A stretch of 64,000 nucleotides of DNA from Akkermansia muciniphila (GCA_945870025.1 CAMBQN010000004.1:65017-129016), one strand, 5' to 3'. Positions 33,545 to 44,048 are shown, counted from the first letter of the stretch. Translations and numbers: made by a program. The notes: a model not told the origin generated them from the sequence alone.

Positions 33545-35116
33545 TCACCCCTCACGCGGCGGGCGACCCTTGTGGAAGGGAGGCCCTTTGGGACGGCCCG
33601 GGGCGGGGCGTGGCGGTGGACGGCCCCCGCCGGAATCTCCGCCTCTGCCGCCGCCGCGCTGGAAACGTGGCGGCGGGCCGCCGCCACGACGATCCCGGCC
33701 ACCGTAATCACGCCCCTGCTGCTGGCGGAGCTGGTCGAGTTGCGTCTGGGCCAGCCCGATGGTTTCCGGTCCGGATTCCGCATGCTGATCCAGAATTTTT
33801 GACGCCAGTTTGGTCGCCACATCGACCGGATCCGCGCCGTTGGCGATGAGTTCCAGAACCAGCACACGGCCGTTGGGCGAGATCGCTTGGCTCTCAAGCG
33901 CCTCCGTCAGAAGGGCGCGGCGGTTGACCCGCAATTGCTTCAGGCTGGGCACCGGCTGCCCTTCGAGCTTGGTGCCGATCCCGCGCTCGAGCCGCTTGAT
34001 GGTCTCAAACTCTCGGGGCGTAACCAGCGTGATCGCCGTTCCCTTTTTGCCTGCGCGGCCGGTCCGGCCGATGCGGTGGACGTAGCCCTTGGCGTCGAAC
34101 GGCAGGTGGTAATTGAAGACATGAGACACGTCGGGAACATCGAGGCCGCGGGCGGCGATGTCGGTCGCCACGAGGATGTCGCTCGTTCCCTGACGGAAGC
34201 CGTTCATGACGGTGTTGCGTTGCCGTTGTTCCATGTCGCCGTGCAGCGCGCGCGCCCCGAAGCCGTGGCTGCTCAGCGCCTCCTGCAACCGGTCGGTCTC
34301 CTCGCGGGTGCGGCAAAAGACGATGGCCTTGCGCGGCCGCAGCGACTCCAGCAGCCGCACCAGCGCGACCTCGCGTTCGCTCTCGGCGATCACATGGTAA
34401 ATCTGCCGGATATCCGCCTTGGTCGCCGCCTGATCCTCGACGGTTCGCACCGAGACCGGATCACGCATGAATTTTGCGGCCAGGCGCCGGATCGGGTCGG
34501 GCATCGTCGCCGAGAAGAGCAGCGTCTGGTGCTCCTCCTTCACATGCGACAGAATTTCCTTCACATCGTCGAGGAAGCCCATGTCGAGCATCTCGTCGGC
34601 TTCGTCCAACACCACCATCCACGGACGCATCCCGGCCAGCTTGCCGGAACGGAGCAGATCGAGCAGACGGCCGGGCGTGGCCACCAGGGCATGCACGCCC
34701 CGCTCCAGCATGCGGAGCTGGACGCCGTAGGACTGGCCGCCATACACCGTGCCGGTCTCTACGCCTGCAAAACGGCCCAAACGGTGGATTTCACCGCTGA
34801 CCTGTGTCGCCAGTTCGCGGGTGGGGGTGATGACCAGCAGCTCGATTCCCCGATCAAGGGTCATCCGCTGCATCGCGGGCAGGGCGAACGCCGCAGTCTT
34901 GCCCGTACCGGTTTGCGCCTGCGCGATCAAATCACGGCCAGCCAGCACATACGGAATCGCATCGCGCTGGACTGGACTCGGCACCTTGAAACCGGCGGCC
35001 TCCACGCCCTTGCGAATCTTGTCGGAGAAATTAAAGGCGGCAAAAGATCCCGTCTCATCCGCATCCATCGCATCGGCCGCATCGGCCGTATTTTGACACA
35101 CGTCTTCCTGATCCAT
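33545..35116 (-). CDS. DEAD-box ATP-dependent RNA helicase with RGG-rich C-terminal tail
   Basis: Q-motif region, AQTGTGKTAAF, VLDEADEMLDMGF, SAT, ARGLDV and HRIGRTGRAG. Tail is GGRDRRGGGPPPRFQRGGGRGGDSGGG. Start moved to MDQEDV (35116). Confidence 0.93.
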   Translation of the reverse strand: MDQEDVCQNTADAADAMDADETGSFAAFNFSDKIRKGVEAAGFKVPSPVQRDAIPYVLAGRDLIAQAQTGTGKTAAFALPAMQRMTLDRGIELLVITPTRELATQVSGEIHRLGRFAGVETGTVYGGQSYGVQLRMLERGVHALVATPGRLLDLLRSGKLAGMRPWMVVLDEADEMLDMGFLDDVKEILSHVKEEHQTLLFSATMPDPIRRLAAKFMRDPVSVRTVEDQAATKADIRQIYHVIAESEREVALVRLLESLRPRKAIVFCRTREETDRLQEALSSHGFGARALHGDMEQRQRNTVMNGFRQGTSDILVATDIAARGLDVPDVSHVFNYHLPFDAKGYVHRIGRTGRAGKKGTAITLVTPREFETIKRLERGIGTKLEGQPVPSLKQLRVNRRALLTEALESQAISPNGRVLVLELIANGADPVDVATKLASKILDQHAESGPETIGLAQTQLDQLRQQQGRDYGGRDRRGGGPPPRFQRGGGRGGDSGGGRPPPRPAPGRPKGPPFHKGRPPREG

Positions 35117-35385
35117 AGTGACTCCCTCGGTTTTCTGGCCCGGATGAGAATTCTTCAAAAGACCGGCACAGAATCCGCGGATTAAGCCTGAGGCGGCGGA
35201 ACAGGACGGCACGGGGAAGAATCGCCAAGCACCGTGCAATTGGGGGACAATTTAGCAGGTTTGATGAAAATGTCAATGAGAATCAAGCCTCATCAAACAA
35301 CATGATCTCCTGTTGGGTGATTTTGCTCGATATCCGAAGTCTATTCGTGTAAGCTCTTACATCCATTTCAGCGAGGAGCACGACT

Positions 35386-37863
35386 ATGGGAATCACCAAG
35401 AAGACGTTTCGGAAGATGCACGACCGCCGTGTGGCGATGACGACCGAAGGGCTGCGGGAGGATTTCGCGTGGCATCTCCGTTATACGCTCTCCAAGGATC
35501 AGGGGCTAGCCACGGACCGCGACTGTTACACGGCCTTGTCGAATGCGGTGCGCGACCGTCTGGTGGAACGGTGGATCGCCACGCAAAAAAGCTACCACGA
35601 GCAGAATGTCAAGCGTGTGTACTACCTCTCTCTGGAGTTTCTGATCGGCCGGTTGCTGGGCAACAATGTGATCAATCTGCGGATGGAGGAATCCTGCCGC
35701 GAGGCGCTGGATGAGGTCGGGCTGGATTGGACCACGTTGCGCGACTACGAAGCGGACGCGGGGCTTGGCAATGGCGGCCTGGGGCGTCTGGCCGCCTGTT
35801 TTCTCGACTCGATGTCGACGATGCAAATCCCCAGCATGGGATACGGGCTTCGGTACGATTACGGCATTTTCACTCAGCGGATCATCAACGGCGCACAGGT
35901 CGAGGAACCGGATCACTGGCTCAAAAACGGCTATCCTTGGGAGGTGGCTCGGCCCGAATACACGCAATCCGTTTTGTTTGAAGGCTCGGTCGAAGCGGTT
36001 CGGAACAACGGCCGCATGGAGTGGCGCTGGATCAACGCGAAGCCGGTGATCGGTGTGCCGTTCGACCTGCCGATCGTCGGTTATGGAGCCAAGGTGGTGA
36101 ACACCCTCCGCCTGTGGTCGGCGCGGGCCGACGACGCCTTCAACTTTGATGACTTCAATCGGGGATCGTATGTTGAGGCCGTGGAAAACAAAGTGCTGGC
36201 CGAGAATCTGACCAAGGTTCTGTATCCCAATGACAATGTGCTCGAAGGGAAGGAGCTGCGGTTGCGGCAGCAGTATTTCTTTGTCTCCTGCTCGGTGCAG
36301 GATATGCTGCGGCGGTTTCAGAACGACAATGACGATTGGGCCACCCTGCCGGACAAGGTCTTCATCCAGCTCAACGAGACTCACCCGGCGCTGGTCATTC
36401 CCGAATTGATGCGGCTGCTGGTCGACCGGGAGCACGTGGACTGGGATTTCGCCTGGAATCTAACCTGCCGATGTGTGGGCTACACCAATCACACGATCCT
36501 GCCTGAGGCTTTGGAAAAGTGGAGCGTGCCTCTCATGCAGCGACTGCTGCCCCGGCACATGCAGATCATTTACGAGATCAACGGCCGGTTTGTGCGACAT
36601 GTCGCCGTGCGATGGCCGGGCGAGGTCGATCGCCTGCAACGGATGAGCATCATCGATGAGGCCGGGGAGAAGCATGTGCGAATGGCCCACCTGGCGATCA
36701 TCGGCGCGTCGACGGTCAACGGCGTAGCCAAGCTGCATTCCGAAATCATCCGCAAAAAGCTATTCGCCGATTTCGCCGATTTGTGGCCGGAGAAGTTTCA
36801 GAACAAGACCAACGGTATCACGCAGCGACGCTGGCTGCTTCAGGCCAATCCGGATCTGTCCGATCTGATCACCAGCCGGATCGGAGCGGGATGGATCACC
36901 GACCTCTTTCAGCTCCGCAAGCTCGAGCCCCTGACTCAAGACCGGGCGTTTCTCAAGGCGTTTCGGGCGACGAAGCAAGCCAACAAAGTCGCCCTGGCCG
37001 CGCATATCCTCGCAACCGTCGGCGTCACGGTTGATCCCGAGTCGCTGTTTGATGTCCAGGTGAAGCGGTTGCACGAATACAAGCGCCAGTTGCTGCTGGT
37101 GCTGTATATCATCGTCTTGTTTGATCGGATGATCCGTGACCCGAATTACGACATGCATCCGCGGACGTTCATATTCTCCGCCAAGGCGGCTCCGGGATAT
37201 TACGTTGCCAAGCTTATCATTCGGCTGATACACGGTGTCGCCGACGTGGTCAACAGCCATCCCCTGATCAGCAAGAAGATCAAGGTCGTGTTTCTGCCGG
37301 ACTACCGGGTGTCGCTGGCCGAGAAGATCATCCCCGCGGCGAATGTCAGCGAACAGATCTCGCTCGCTGGCACGGAAGCGTCGGGAACGGGCAACATGAA
37401 ACTGATGCTCAACGGAGCGCTGACGGTCGGCACACTGGACGGCGCGAATGTCGAGATTGGCGAGGCTGTGGGCGATGACAACATCTTCATCTTCGGGCTG
37501 CGGGCCGATGAGGTTACAGCGAAACGCCCCGCCTACCGGTCGCGGGATGTGTACGAGAGTGATCCTGAAATCCGCCGGGCGATCAATCTGATCCAGCAAA
37601 ATGTTTTTTGTGTCTTATCGCCCGGTCTGTTTGATCCGATCATCCAAACCCTGCTCGATTACAACGATTATTACATGCTGCTGGCTGACCTGCGCGCCTA
37701 TATCGAGACGCAGGAGGCGGTGGACGCGCTCTATCGCAAGCCGTTGGAATGGGATCGTAAGGCGTTGATCAACGTGGCCCGTTCGGGGGTCTTCTCCTCC
37801 GACCGGACGATCCGCGAATATGCCGAAGAGATTTGGCACGTGAACGCCTGCGATGTGGAGTGA
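35386..37863 (+). CDS. glgP: Glycogen/maltodextrin phosphorylase
   Basis: 825 aa. YLSLEFLIGR, GLGNGGLGRLAACFLDS and the PLP-lysine region EASGTGNMKLMLNGALTVGTLDGANVE. Confidence 0.95.
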   Translation: MGITKKTFRKMHDRRVAMTTEGLREDFAWHLRYTLSKDQGLATDRDCYTALSNAVRDRLVERWIATQKSYHEQNVKRVYYLSLEFLIGRLLGNNVINLRMEESCREALDEVGLDWTTLRDYEADAGLGNGGLGRLAACFLDSMSTMQIPSMGYGLRYDYGIFTQRIINGAQVEEPDHWLKNGYPWEVARPEYTQSVLFEGSVEAVRNNGRMEWRWINAKPVIGVPFDLPIVGYGAKVVNTLRLWSARADDAFNFDDFNRGSYVEAVENKVLAENLTKVLYPNDNVLEGKELRLRQQYFFVSCSVQDMLRRFQNDNDDWATLPDKVFIQLNETHPALVIPELMRLLVDREHVDWDFAWNLTCRCVGYTNHTILPEALEKWSVPLMQRLLPRHMQIIYEINGRFVRHVAVRWPGEVDRLQRMSIIDEAGEKHVRMAHLAIIGASTVNGVAKLHSEIIRKKLFADFADLWPEKFQNKTNGITQRRWLLQANPDLSDLITSRIGAGWITDLFQLRKLEPLTQDRAFLKAFRATKQANKVALAAHILATVGVTVDPESLFDVQVKRLHEYKRQLLLVLYIIVLFDRMIRDPNYDMHPRTFIFSAKAAPGYYVAKLIIRLIHGVADVVNSHPLISKKIKVVFLPDYRVSLAEKIIPAANVSEQISLAGTEASGTGNMKLMLNGALTVGTLDGANVEIGEAVGDDNIFIFGLRADEVTAKRPAYRSRDVYESDPEIRRAINLIQQNVFCVLSPGLFDPIIQTLLDYNDYYMLLADLRAYIETQEAVDALYRKPLEWDRKALINVARSGVFSSDRTIREYAEEIWHVNACDVE

Positions 37864-37892
37864 GGGTTACGCGATCCTAGAAGGAGTCAACG

Positions 37893-38774
37893 ATGCGTGT
37901 AGCGAGGCGGGGCTGGAATCACCGCGTGCGGTTCATGCAACTGCTGGCTGGCGTCATGCTCGCCGCGTTGCAGGGATATGCCGGAGACGGGTCGGCGGAT
38001 CGGGTGCGGCTGATTGCCGATCGTGATGCGGTTACGCCCGGCGCGTCGTTCACGTTGGCGGTCGAGTTGCAAACCCAGCCCGGCTGGCACACCTATTGGC
38101 TGAACCCGGGTGACGCGGGGCTTCCGCCGACGCTGCGCTGGCGTCTGCCCGAAGGGGTTCGTCTATCCCGTCTGCAATTTCCAACGCCTGCGCGGTTTGA
38201 AGAAGCGGGAATGGTGTCGTTCGGCTATGAAGACCGGGTGTGGCTGCTGGCCGATTTTGAAGTCGGAGGCGGCTTCACCGGAGATAAGATGGAAATAGGT
38301 CTGGCCGCCAACTGGATGGTCTGCCGCGAGGCCTGCATGCAAAAAAAGGGAGAAGCGCAGGTCGCCCTGATCGTCGCCGCAGAGGCTCCCACCCAAACAA
38401 ACGCAACGACCGCAGCCGATTTCGCCCGCTGGCGGGACCGGTTGCCAAAGTCCGTTCCCGGCTGGACAGCGCGCGCGCAATCCGAACGGAAAGGATTACG
38501 GCTCCGGATCGAGCCGCCAGCGGGATCGGGACCGGAGGCGGCGGCGTGGGCCCGGGCGCAGTTCTATCCACTCCAGCGCGACGCGATCGAGCTTCCGGCC
38601 GCACAAAAGTGGCGGCGTGACGGCGCCGGTTGGGAAGCCCTGCTGCGATCCGGCCCCAAGCCATTCAAAGGGGGAGACGTGGTGGAAGGGGTTTTGGTCG
38701 TGTCGGCTGCAACGGGCGGCGATGCGAGCACCCCACGCGCGTGGCTGGTGCAGGCCACGGTCGAGGGGAAATAG
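37893..38774 (+). CDS. Periplasmic protein with DsbD-N-terminal/DsbC-like thiol-disulfide domain
   Basis: Signal-like N-terminus, then GWHTYWLNPGDAGLPPTLRW...FPTPARF...ANWMVCREACM, resembling the DsbD alpha-domain family. Function not certain. Confidence 0.6.
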   Translation: MRVARRGWNHRVRFMQLLAGVMLAALQGYAGDGSADRVRLIADRDAVTPGASFTLAVELQTQPGWHTYWLNPGDAGLPPTLRWRLPEGVRLSRLQFPTPARFEEAGMVSFGYEDRVWLLADFEVGGGFTGDKMEIGLAANWMVCREACMQKKGEAQVALIVAAEAPTQTNATTAADFARWRDRLPKSVPGWTARAQSERKGLRLRIEPPAGSGPEAAAWARAQFYPLQRDAIELPAAQKWRRDGAGWEALLRSGPKPFKGGDVVEGVLVVSAATGGDASTPRAWLVQATVEGK

Positions 38775-38870
38775 AGGTACTTGCAAAACGCCTCGTGACA
38801 GCCGAGACCTTTTTTCTCCCCAACACCATTACGGTATGTCCAAGACGAATGTGTTGACTGAATACTCAAA

Positions 38871-40682
38871 ATGGATGAGCCAAACAAAATCGTTACCGTC
38901 AACCATTACCCATGGCGGGAGATTGGGCGGAGATTTTTGCCTTTGACGTGGCCGCATCGTTGGCGCGGACTTTTGGCGGCCGTGTTGGTGGGCGTCGTCG
39001 GCCTTGCTGTGGCGCTGCAGCCGCTGTTTCCCAAGTATATTATCGATGAGGCGATTCCACAGCATAGTCTGCGCTTGGCACTGCTGGCGGCTGGCGTTTT
39101 TCTAGTCGTGATGTTTGTGCGCATGGCCATCTGGTTCTGGGCCATGACCATGGTGTATAAGATACAATTGTCCGTTCTTTACGAACTGCGGGCCATGAGC
39201 TTCGCGCACCTGCAACAGCTTTGCTTGCGCTTCTATAGCCAGTTTCCTTCAGGTTTCCTGTACGAGCGGGTGTTCGGCAACTCGATCAATACGCTCGGCA
39301 CTGTCATGATGATGGTTTTTACCCAATTGGTTACCTTTGTCGTGGGGCTGATCTTCAGCCTCGGATTCTGTCTGTATCTGAGCCCGGTGCTGACGGTAGT
39401 GATTCTGGCGGGCGGGATTGGCTATGTGATGGCTGCGCATCTTCTGTCGGGGCGAATCTACGCCAAGACGCGGGATGCCAATGAAGCCAACATGAACATC
39501 GTCAGTGTGATCATGGACAAGCTTCGCGGGCATAAGACGATTCAGGCCTTTGCCCTGGAGGAACGGGTGCAGGCGGAGTTCTGCCGGCAAATGCAACCAG
39601 CCATGCACAAGTGGCTGGTCAGCGTCCTCGAATCCATGAAATTCCATTTTGCCACGGAAGGGCTGAGCTATTTGATCACCGCATCCGTATTGGTCGGCGG
39701 TGCCGTACTGGCCGTGCGTAACGAGGGTCAGTTTCCGCTGGGCACGCTGGTGGCCTTTATCGGCTACCAAGCGACGCTGATCGGTATGATCTCGGCCATA
39801 ACCAACATGTACGGTCAGATCATGGGAGCGCGCACCGCCTTTGATCAGTTATTCTCTGTGCTCGACACCAAAAGCACGGTAGTGGATCGGCCGGGGGCTG
39901 TCATGCCAAAGGATATTCAGCCACGCCTGGATTTCCGCGACATCACTTTTTGTTACGGTGAGATTCCGGTGCTTCGGAATATGAACCTGGCGATTCCGGC
40001 GGGCAAGACGACCGCGCTAGTGGGGCGCAGCGGCAGTGGCAAGTCCACCCTGGCCAACCTGATGATGCGCTTCTACGACCCCTTGAACGGCGCCGTACTT
40101 CTGGACGGACACGACATTCGGGATCTGCCGCTCCGCGAGTACCGGGCTTTGTTCGGCGTCGTGTTGCAAGACCCGTTCCTGTTTGACACCACTATTGAGG
40201 ACAACATGCGTGCTGTCCGGCCCGATGTCAGCGAGGCCGAACTGATTGAGGTCCTCCGGCAGGCCGGGGCCTGGACATTTATCGAGGCGTTTCCGGAGAA
40301 GCTGCGACACCGGGTGGGCGAAGGCGGCAGCCAACTCTCCGGTGGCCAACGGCAGCGTCTGGCCTTGGCGCGCTGTTTATTGACGCGGAGTCGGGTGGTG
40401 ATCCTGGATGAGGCTACCTCGGCGCTGGACGCGGAGTCGGAGCGCCTGGTGCAGCAAGGACTCGATGTTCTCTGCCGCGACCGCACGGTAGTCGTTATCG
40501 CGCACCGCCTCAGCACCATTCGTCATGCGGATCGGATTGTGGTTATGGATCAAGGGCAGGCCGTAGAGCAGGGGACCTTTGACGAGCTGCTTGCCCTGGG
40601 CGGGCATTTTGCCCACCTCCATGCCATTGCCACCTCCACCTCAACGCAGCGGATCAAGATCGAAGAAGCAGGTTTTACCTGA
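38871..40682 (+). CDS. ABC transporter, fused permease/ATPase (MsbA/exporter type)
   Basis: Six-TM N-terminal half. Walker A GRSGSGKSTL, signature LSGGQRQRLALAR, Walker B VVILDEATSALD and H-loop VIAHRLST. Confidence 0.9.
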   Translation: MDEPNKIVTVNHYPWREIGRRFLPLTWPHRWRGLLAAVLVGVVGLAVALQPLFPKYIIDEAIPQHSLRLALLAAGVFLVVMFVRMAIWFWAMTMVYKIQLSVLYELRAMSFAHLQQLCLRFYSQFPSGFLYERVFGNSINTLGTVMMMVFTQLVTFVVGLIFSLGFCLYLSPVLTVVILAGGIGYVMAAHLLSGRIYAKTRDANEANMNIVSVIMDKLRGHKTIQAFALEERVQAEFCRQMQPAMHKWLVSVLESMKFHFATEGLSYLITASVLVGGAVLAVRNEGQFPLGTLVAFIGYQATLIGMISAITNMYGQIMGARTAFDQLFSVLDTKSTVVDRPGAVMPKDIQPRLDFRDITFCYGEIPVLRNMNLAIPAGKTTALVGRSGSGKSTLANLMMRFYDPLNGAVLLDGHDIRDLPLREYRALFGVVLQDPFLFDTTIEDNMRAVRPDVSEAELIEVLRQAGAWTFIEAFPEKLRHRVGEGGSQLSGGQRQRLALARCLLTRSRVVILDEATSALDAESERLVQQGLDVLCRDRTVVVIAHRLSTIRHADRIVVMDQGQAVEQGTFDELLALGGHFAHLHAIATSTSTQRIKIEEAGFT

Positions 40683-40699
40683 GACGGCGAACCGGGGAC

Positions 40700-40808
40700 T
40701 TACTTCTGTCGGCGGCATTGGCCGGGTGTGGTGCCGAAGTGGCGGCGGAAGCGGGTGGCCAAGTGACGCTGGTCAGTGTAGCCGCACGTGCTATGGCCAC
40801 ATAGGCGT
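40700..40808 (-). pseudogene. Remnant of an AraC-family regulator (only the last ~30 aa of the HTH domain)
   Basis: Reverse-strand translation gives ...CGYTDQRHLATRFRRHFGTTPGQCRRQK*, matching the AraC C-terminal pattern G[FY]xDQxHxxRxFRRxxGxTPxQxRR. The adjacent frame reads VAIAR just upstream. No upstream body exists; the region is occupied by the fucosidase start on the opposite strand. Confidence 0.55.
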
Positions 40809-40824
40809 CATAAGGAGAAACCAA

Positions 40825-42573
40825 ATGGAAACAAACGACACGCCGTTCTCGGAACCAGCCGCCCCAGTGGTCACCATGGACCGTATGTGGGGAGGCGATG
40901 CGATCGGCGCCGGTCTGGATCCGGAGACCGTCACCACCCGCCTGCGCGCGTTGCGCTTCGGCATGTTTGTTCATTGGGGACTGTACTCTTCATTGGCGGG
41001 CAGGTGGCAGGGGAAGACCTATTACGGCATCGGCGAATGGATGATGCATTCGGCCATGGCTGGTATTCCGGTCGCCGAATACCGGCGTCTGGCCAGCGAC
41101 TACAACCCGCGCCATTTCGATGCGACCGCCTTTGTGAATCTCGCCCAGTCAGCTGGCATGCGCTATATCATCATCACGGCCAAGCATCATGAAGGCTTCG
41201 CCATGTTCGGCTCGGAGGCCGATTCCTTCACCATCGCAAATAGTCCTTTTGGGCGCGATCCCATGCGGGAGCTGGCAGACGCTTGTCGCGCGGCGGGGCT
41301 CGGTTTCGGCTTTTACTACTCACACTTTCAAGACTGGACAACGCCCGGCGGCGCTCGCGGGCCGGAGCAGGATGATCACGATGCTCCGGCGACCTTTGAG
41401 CACTACTTCCGGAGCAAGTGCCTGCCGCAGGTGGAAGAGATCACTACGCGCTACGGCGAACTCTCCTTTGTCTGGTTCGATACACCGGGCGCCATGGAGA
41501 AGAAGTACATCGAGGAGCTCTATGCGCTGGTGCGTCGCAACCAGCCGAACGCACTGGTCAACAGCCGCATCGGCCATGGCTGGGGCGACTATTCCAGCGA
41601 GGGCGACATGGAGATCCCGCAGGCGAATGTCGCGGGGCCGTGGGAGGCTTGTGACACCACCAACGATTCGTGGTCCTTTGCCTGGTACGATCGCAATTGG
41701 AAGGATACGCGCGAGATTCTGATCCGCCTCACGGGCGCCGCCGCTCGTGGAGGTGCCTACCTCCTGAATGTCGGACCTGATCCCGATGGCCGCATCCCGG
41801 CGGCGGCGGCGCAAAACCTGCGCGATGCCGGTGCCTGGATTGCCCGTCACCCACAGGTCGTCTATGGGACCGCCGCGTCACCCTGGGGGCATGCTTTGCC
41901 CTGGGGCGATGTCACCGTTGCCGCCGACGGAACCCTTCACCTGATTGTGCTCCAACGTCCAGCCTCCGGCGAACTTTGGCTTCCCGGCCTGCGTTCTCCG
42001 GTCACCGGCGTCCATCCATGCGGGGAACCCGGCACGCGCCTGGCCACCCGACAGCATGGCTCGTGGACCGTGATCCGGCTTCCGCCGCAACCGGTCGGGA
42101 TTGGTCCGGAAGTGTACGAGCTGACGGTGTCCGGCGCCTTGCAGGTGGACCCGACGCCTGGCGTTGACCCCCTGTTGCCAACCGCGCTCCCGGCAGCATT
42201 TGCCGCGGTCACTGGCGCTGTGACGCATAAGGCGCAGTGGATGGAGAAGTTTGGCGAATGGAAACACGCTGAGCAGGTAGGGCATTGGAGCGCGGAGGGT
42301 GCCGTCCGCTGGACCGTGGAATTTCCTGTTGCCGGCGACTGGCGGATTAGTGTGCGCTGTCGCGGTGAAGGGCGCTTGGTGTGGAAGTGTGCATCGGACG
42401 AAGGCGACTTTGTTCAGAATCAGCAGGGCGCCACGGCAGCCTATGCCGTCATGCCGCTGGGCTTCTTGACCATCCAGACAGCAGGCCGCCGCACGCTGAC
42501 CCTGTCGCTCCTGGATGGCAATCGTGACTCCGCGAGTCTGGAAGGCATGGTAGTAAGCAAGGGGATGTTATGA
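40825..42573 (+). CDS. Alpha-L-fucosidase (GH29) with C-terminal beta-sandwich domains
   Basis: FGMFVHWGLYS...YIIITAKHHEGFAMFGS is a GH29 hallmark. Start moved to METNDTP (ATG 40825), preceded by AAGGAGA. Confidence 0.85.
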   Translation: METNDTPFSEPAAPVVTMDRMWGGDAIGAGLDPETVTTRLRALRFGMFVHWGLYSSLAGRWQGKTYYGIGEWMMHSAMAGIPVAEYRRLASDYNPRHFDATAFVNLAQSAGMRYIIITAKHHEGFAMFGSEADSFTIANSPFGRDPMRELADACRAAGLGFGFYYSHFQDWTTPGGARGPEQDDHDAPATFEHYFRSKCLPQVEEITTRYGELSFVWFDTPGAMEKKYIEELYALVRRNQPNALVNSRIGHGWGDYSSEGDMEIPQANVAGPWEACDTTNDSWSFAWYDRNWKDTREILIRLTGAAARGGAYLLNVGPDPDGRIPAAAAQNLRDAGAWIARHPQVVYGTAASPWGHALPWGDVTVAADGTLHLIVLQRPASGELWLPGLRSPVTGVHPCGEPGTRLATRQHGSWTVIRLPPQPVGIGPEVYELTVSGALQVDPTPGVDPLLPTALPAAFAAVTGAVTHKAQWMEKFGEWKHAEQVGHWSAEGAVRWTVEFPVAGDWRISVRCRGEGRLVWKCASDEGDFVQNQQGATAAYAVMPLGFLTIQTAGRRTLTLSLLDGNRDSASLEGMVVSKGML

Positions 42574-44000
42574 AGAGTGTGATGGCACGGACGACACCTA
42601 TGCGCCAACGCGCGCCGGACGCGATGCTGCCCGGAGATTATCCCGACCCATCGGTGTTGCGGGTCGGCGAAACCTTTTACCTGACGACGTCCTCGTTCGA
42701 ATACTACCCGGGGCTGCTCATCTGGAAATCCACGGACCTTATCCGCTGGCAACGTGTCGGGCATGCGCTGCGGCGGTATGTCGGGTCGGTATATGCGCCG
42801 GATCTGGTCGAGCACAACGGCATCTATTACATCTACTTTCCGGCGGGCGGCACGAACTGGGTGGTCACGGCGCCGCACCCGGAGGGGCCCTGGAGCGAAC
42901 CGATCGACCTGGCCGTCGGGCATATTGACCCCGGGCATGCCGTGGACGAGCAAGGCCGGCGCTTTCTGCATCTTTCGAAAGGCTACCTCGTGCCGTTGAC
43001 TGCGGACGGACTGACGGTGACCGGCAAGCCTGAGAAGGTGTATGACGGATGGGGCTATCCGGCCGACTGGCTCGTCGAGGGGTTCTGTCTCGAAGCGCCG
43101 AAGATCACCCGGCGTAATGGTTTCTATTACCTGACCGTTGCCGAGGGCGGCACGGCCGGGCCGGCTACCAGCCACATGGTGGTCTCCTCCCGCGCGCTAA
43201 ATCTGCGCGGCCCCTGGGAACATTCGCCGTACAATCCGATTGTGCATACGGCCAGTGCCGACGAGCGGTGGTGGTCGAAGGGGCATGGTACGATCTTTGA
43301 TGATCCGGCCGGTCGCTGGTATATCGTCTATCATGGGTACGAAAAGGGGTATCACACGCTCGGCCGTCAGGCGCTCCTCGAGCGGATCGAGTGGACGCCG
43401 GACGGTTGGTTCCGGCTACGGAAGTCCGCGAGTCGCAAGCCGATTGGCGGCTGCCGTGACTCGATCGGGCTGAGCGACGATTTTGCATCCGACCGGCTCG
43501 GCCTGCAATGGCAGTTCTGGAAGGATGGCGACCCGCAACGCTATACGGTCGGCGGCGGCTTGCGCCTGACGGGACGAGGCACGGAGGTCGGCAACAGCAG
43601 CCCGCTCCTCTGCATCCCCGCGCACCATGCGTACGAGGTGACGTGCGAGATCGATGTGCCGGACGGAGTTCTGGCCGGCCTGGCGTTGTTCTACGACGAG
43701 GCGCACAGTTTCGGCATCGGCGTCGCGGGGCGCCGGCTGGCGTACTGCCGTGAGCACTGGCACGTGGACGAGGGCGAACGGCCGGCGGGCAGCCGGCTGA
43801 CATTAAAGATCCGCAACGACCGTCATCAGGTATCGCTGCTGTACGGCACGGGGGATACGTTCACCCTGCTGCCACGGGCGTATGATCTATCAAGCTGGCA
43901 TCACAACGCCTTTGGGGGCTTCTTGAGTCTGCGCATCGCGCTGTTCGCCGCTGGGCAGGGTACGGCGGAATTCCGCAATTTCCGCTACACAGAAATCTAA
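42570..44000 (+). CDS. GH43 glycoside hydrolase (beta-xylosidase/alpha-L-arabinofuranosidase type) with C-terminal concanavalin-like domain
   Basis: PGDYPDPSVLRVGETFYLTTSSFEYYPGLLIWKSTDLIRWQ and EAPKITRRNGFYYL. Overlaps the GH29 stop by 4 nt. Confidence 0.85.
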   Translation: MKSVMARTTPMRQRAPDAMLPGDYPDPSVLRVGETFYLTTSSFEYYPGLLIWKSTDLIRWQRVGHALRRYVGSVYAPDLVEHNGIYYIYFPAGGTNWVVTAPHPEGPWSEPIDLAVGHIDPGHAVDEQGRRFLHLSKGYLVPLTADGLTVTGKPEKVYDGWGYPADWLVEGFCLEAPKITRRNGFYYLTVAEGGTAGPATSHMVVSSRALNLRGPWEHSPYNPIVHTASADERWWSKGHGTIFDDPAGRWYIVYHGYEKGYHTLGRQALLERIEWTPDGWFRLRKSASRKPIGGCRDSIGLSDDFASDRLGLQWQFWKDGDPQRYTVGGGLRLTGRGTEVGNSSPLLCIPAHHAYEVTCEIDVPDGVLAGLALFYDEAHSFGIGVAGRRLAYCREHWHVDEGERPAGSRLTLKIRNDRHQVSLLYGTGDTFTLLPRAYDLSSWHHNAFGGFLSLRIALFAAGQGTAEFRNFRYTEI

Positions 44001-44026
44001 GGGGGCTTCAAAGGGACAATCCTTAC

Positions 44027-44048
44027 GGCCGGAACCGGAGTTCCGGCC
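44027..44048 (+). terminator. Perfect 9-bp stem/4-nt loop hairpin downstream of GH43 (GGCCGGAAC-CGGA-GTTCCGGCC)
   Basis: Read directly from the sequence. It has no U-tract, so terminator function is only presumed. A related hairpin lies at 44080..44103. Confidence 0.35.
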
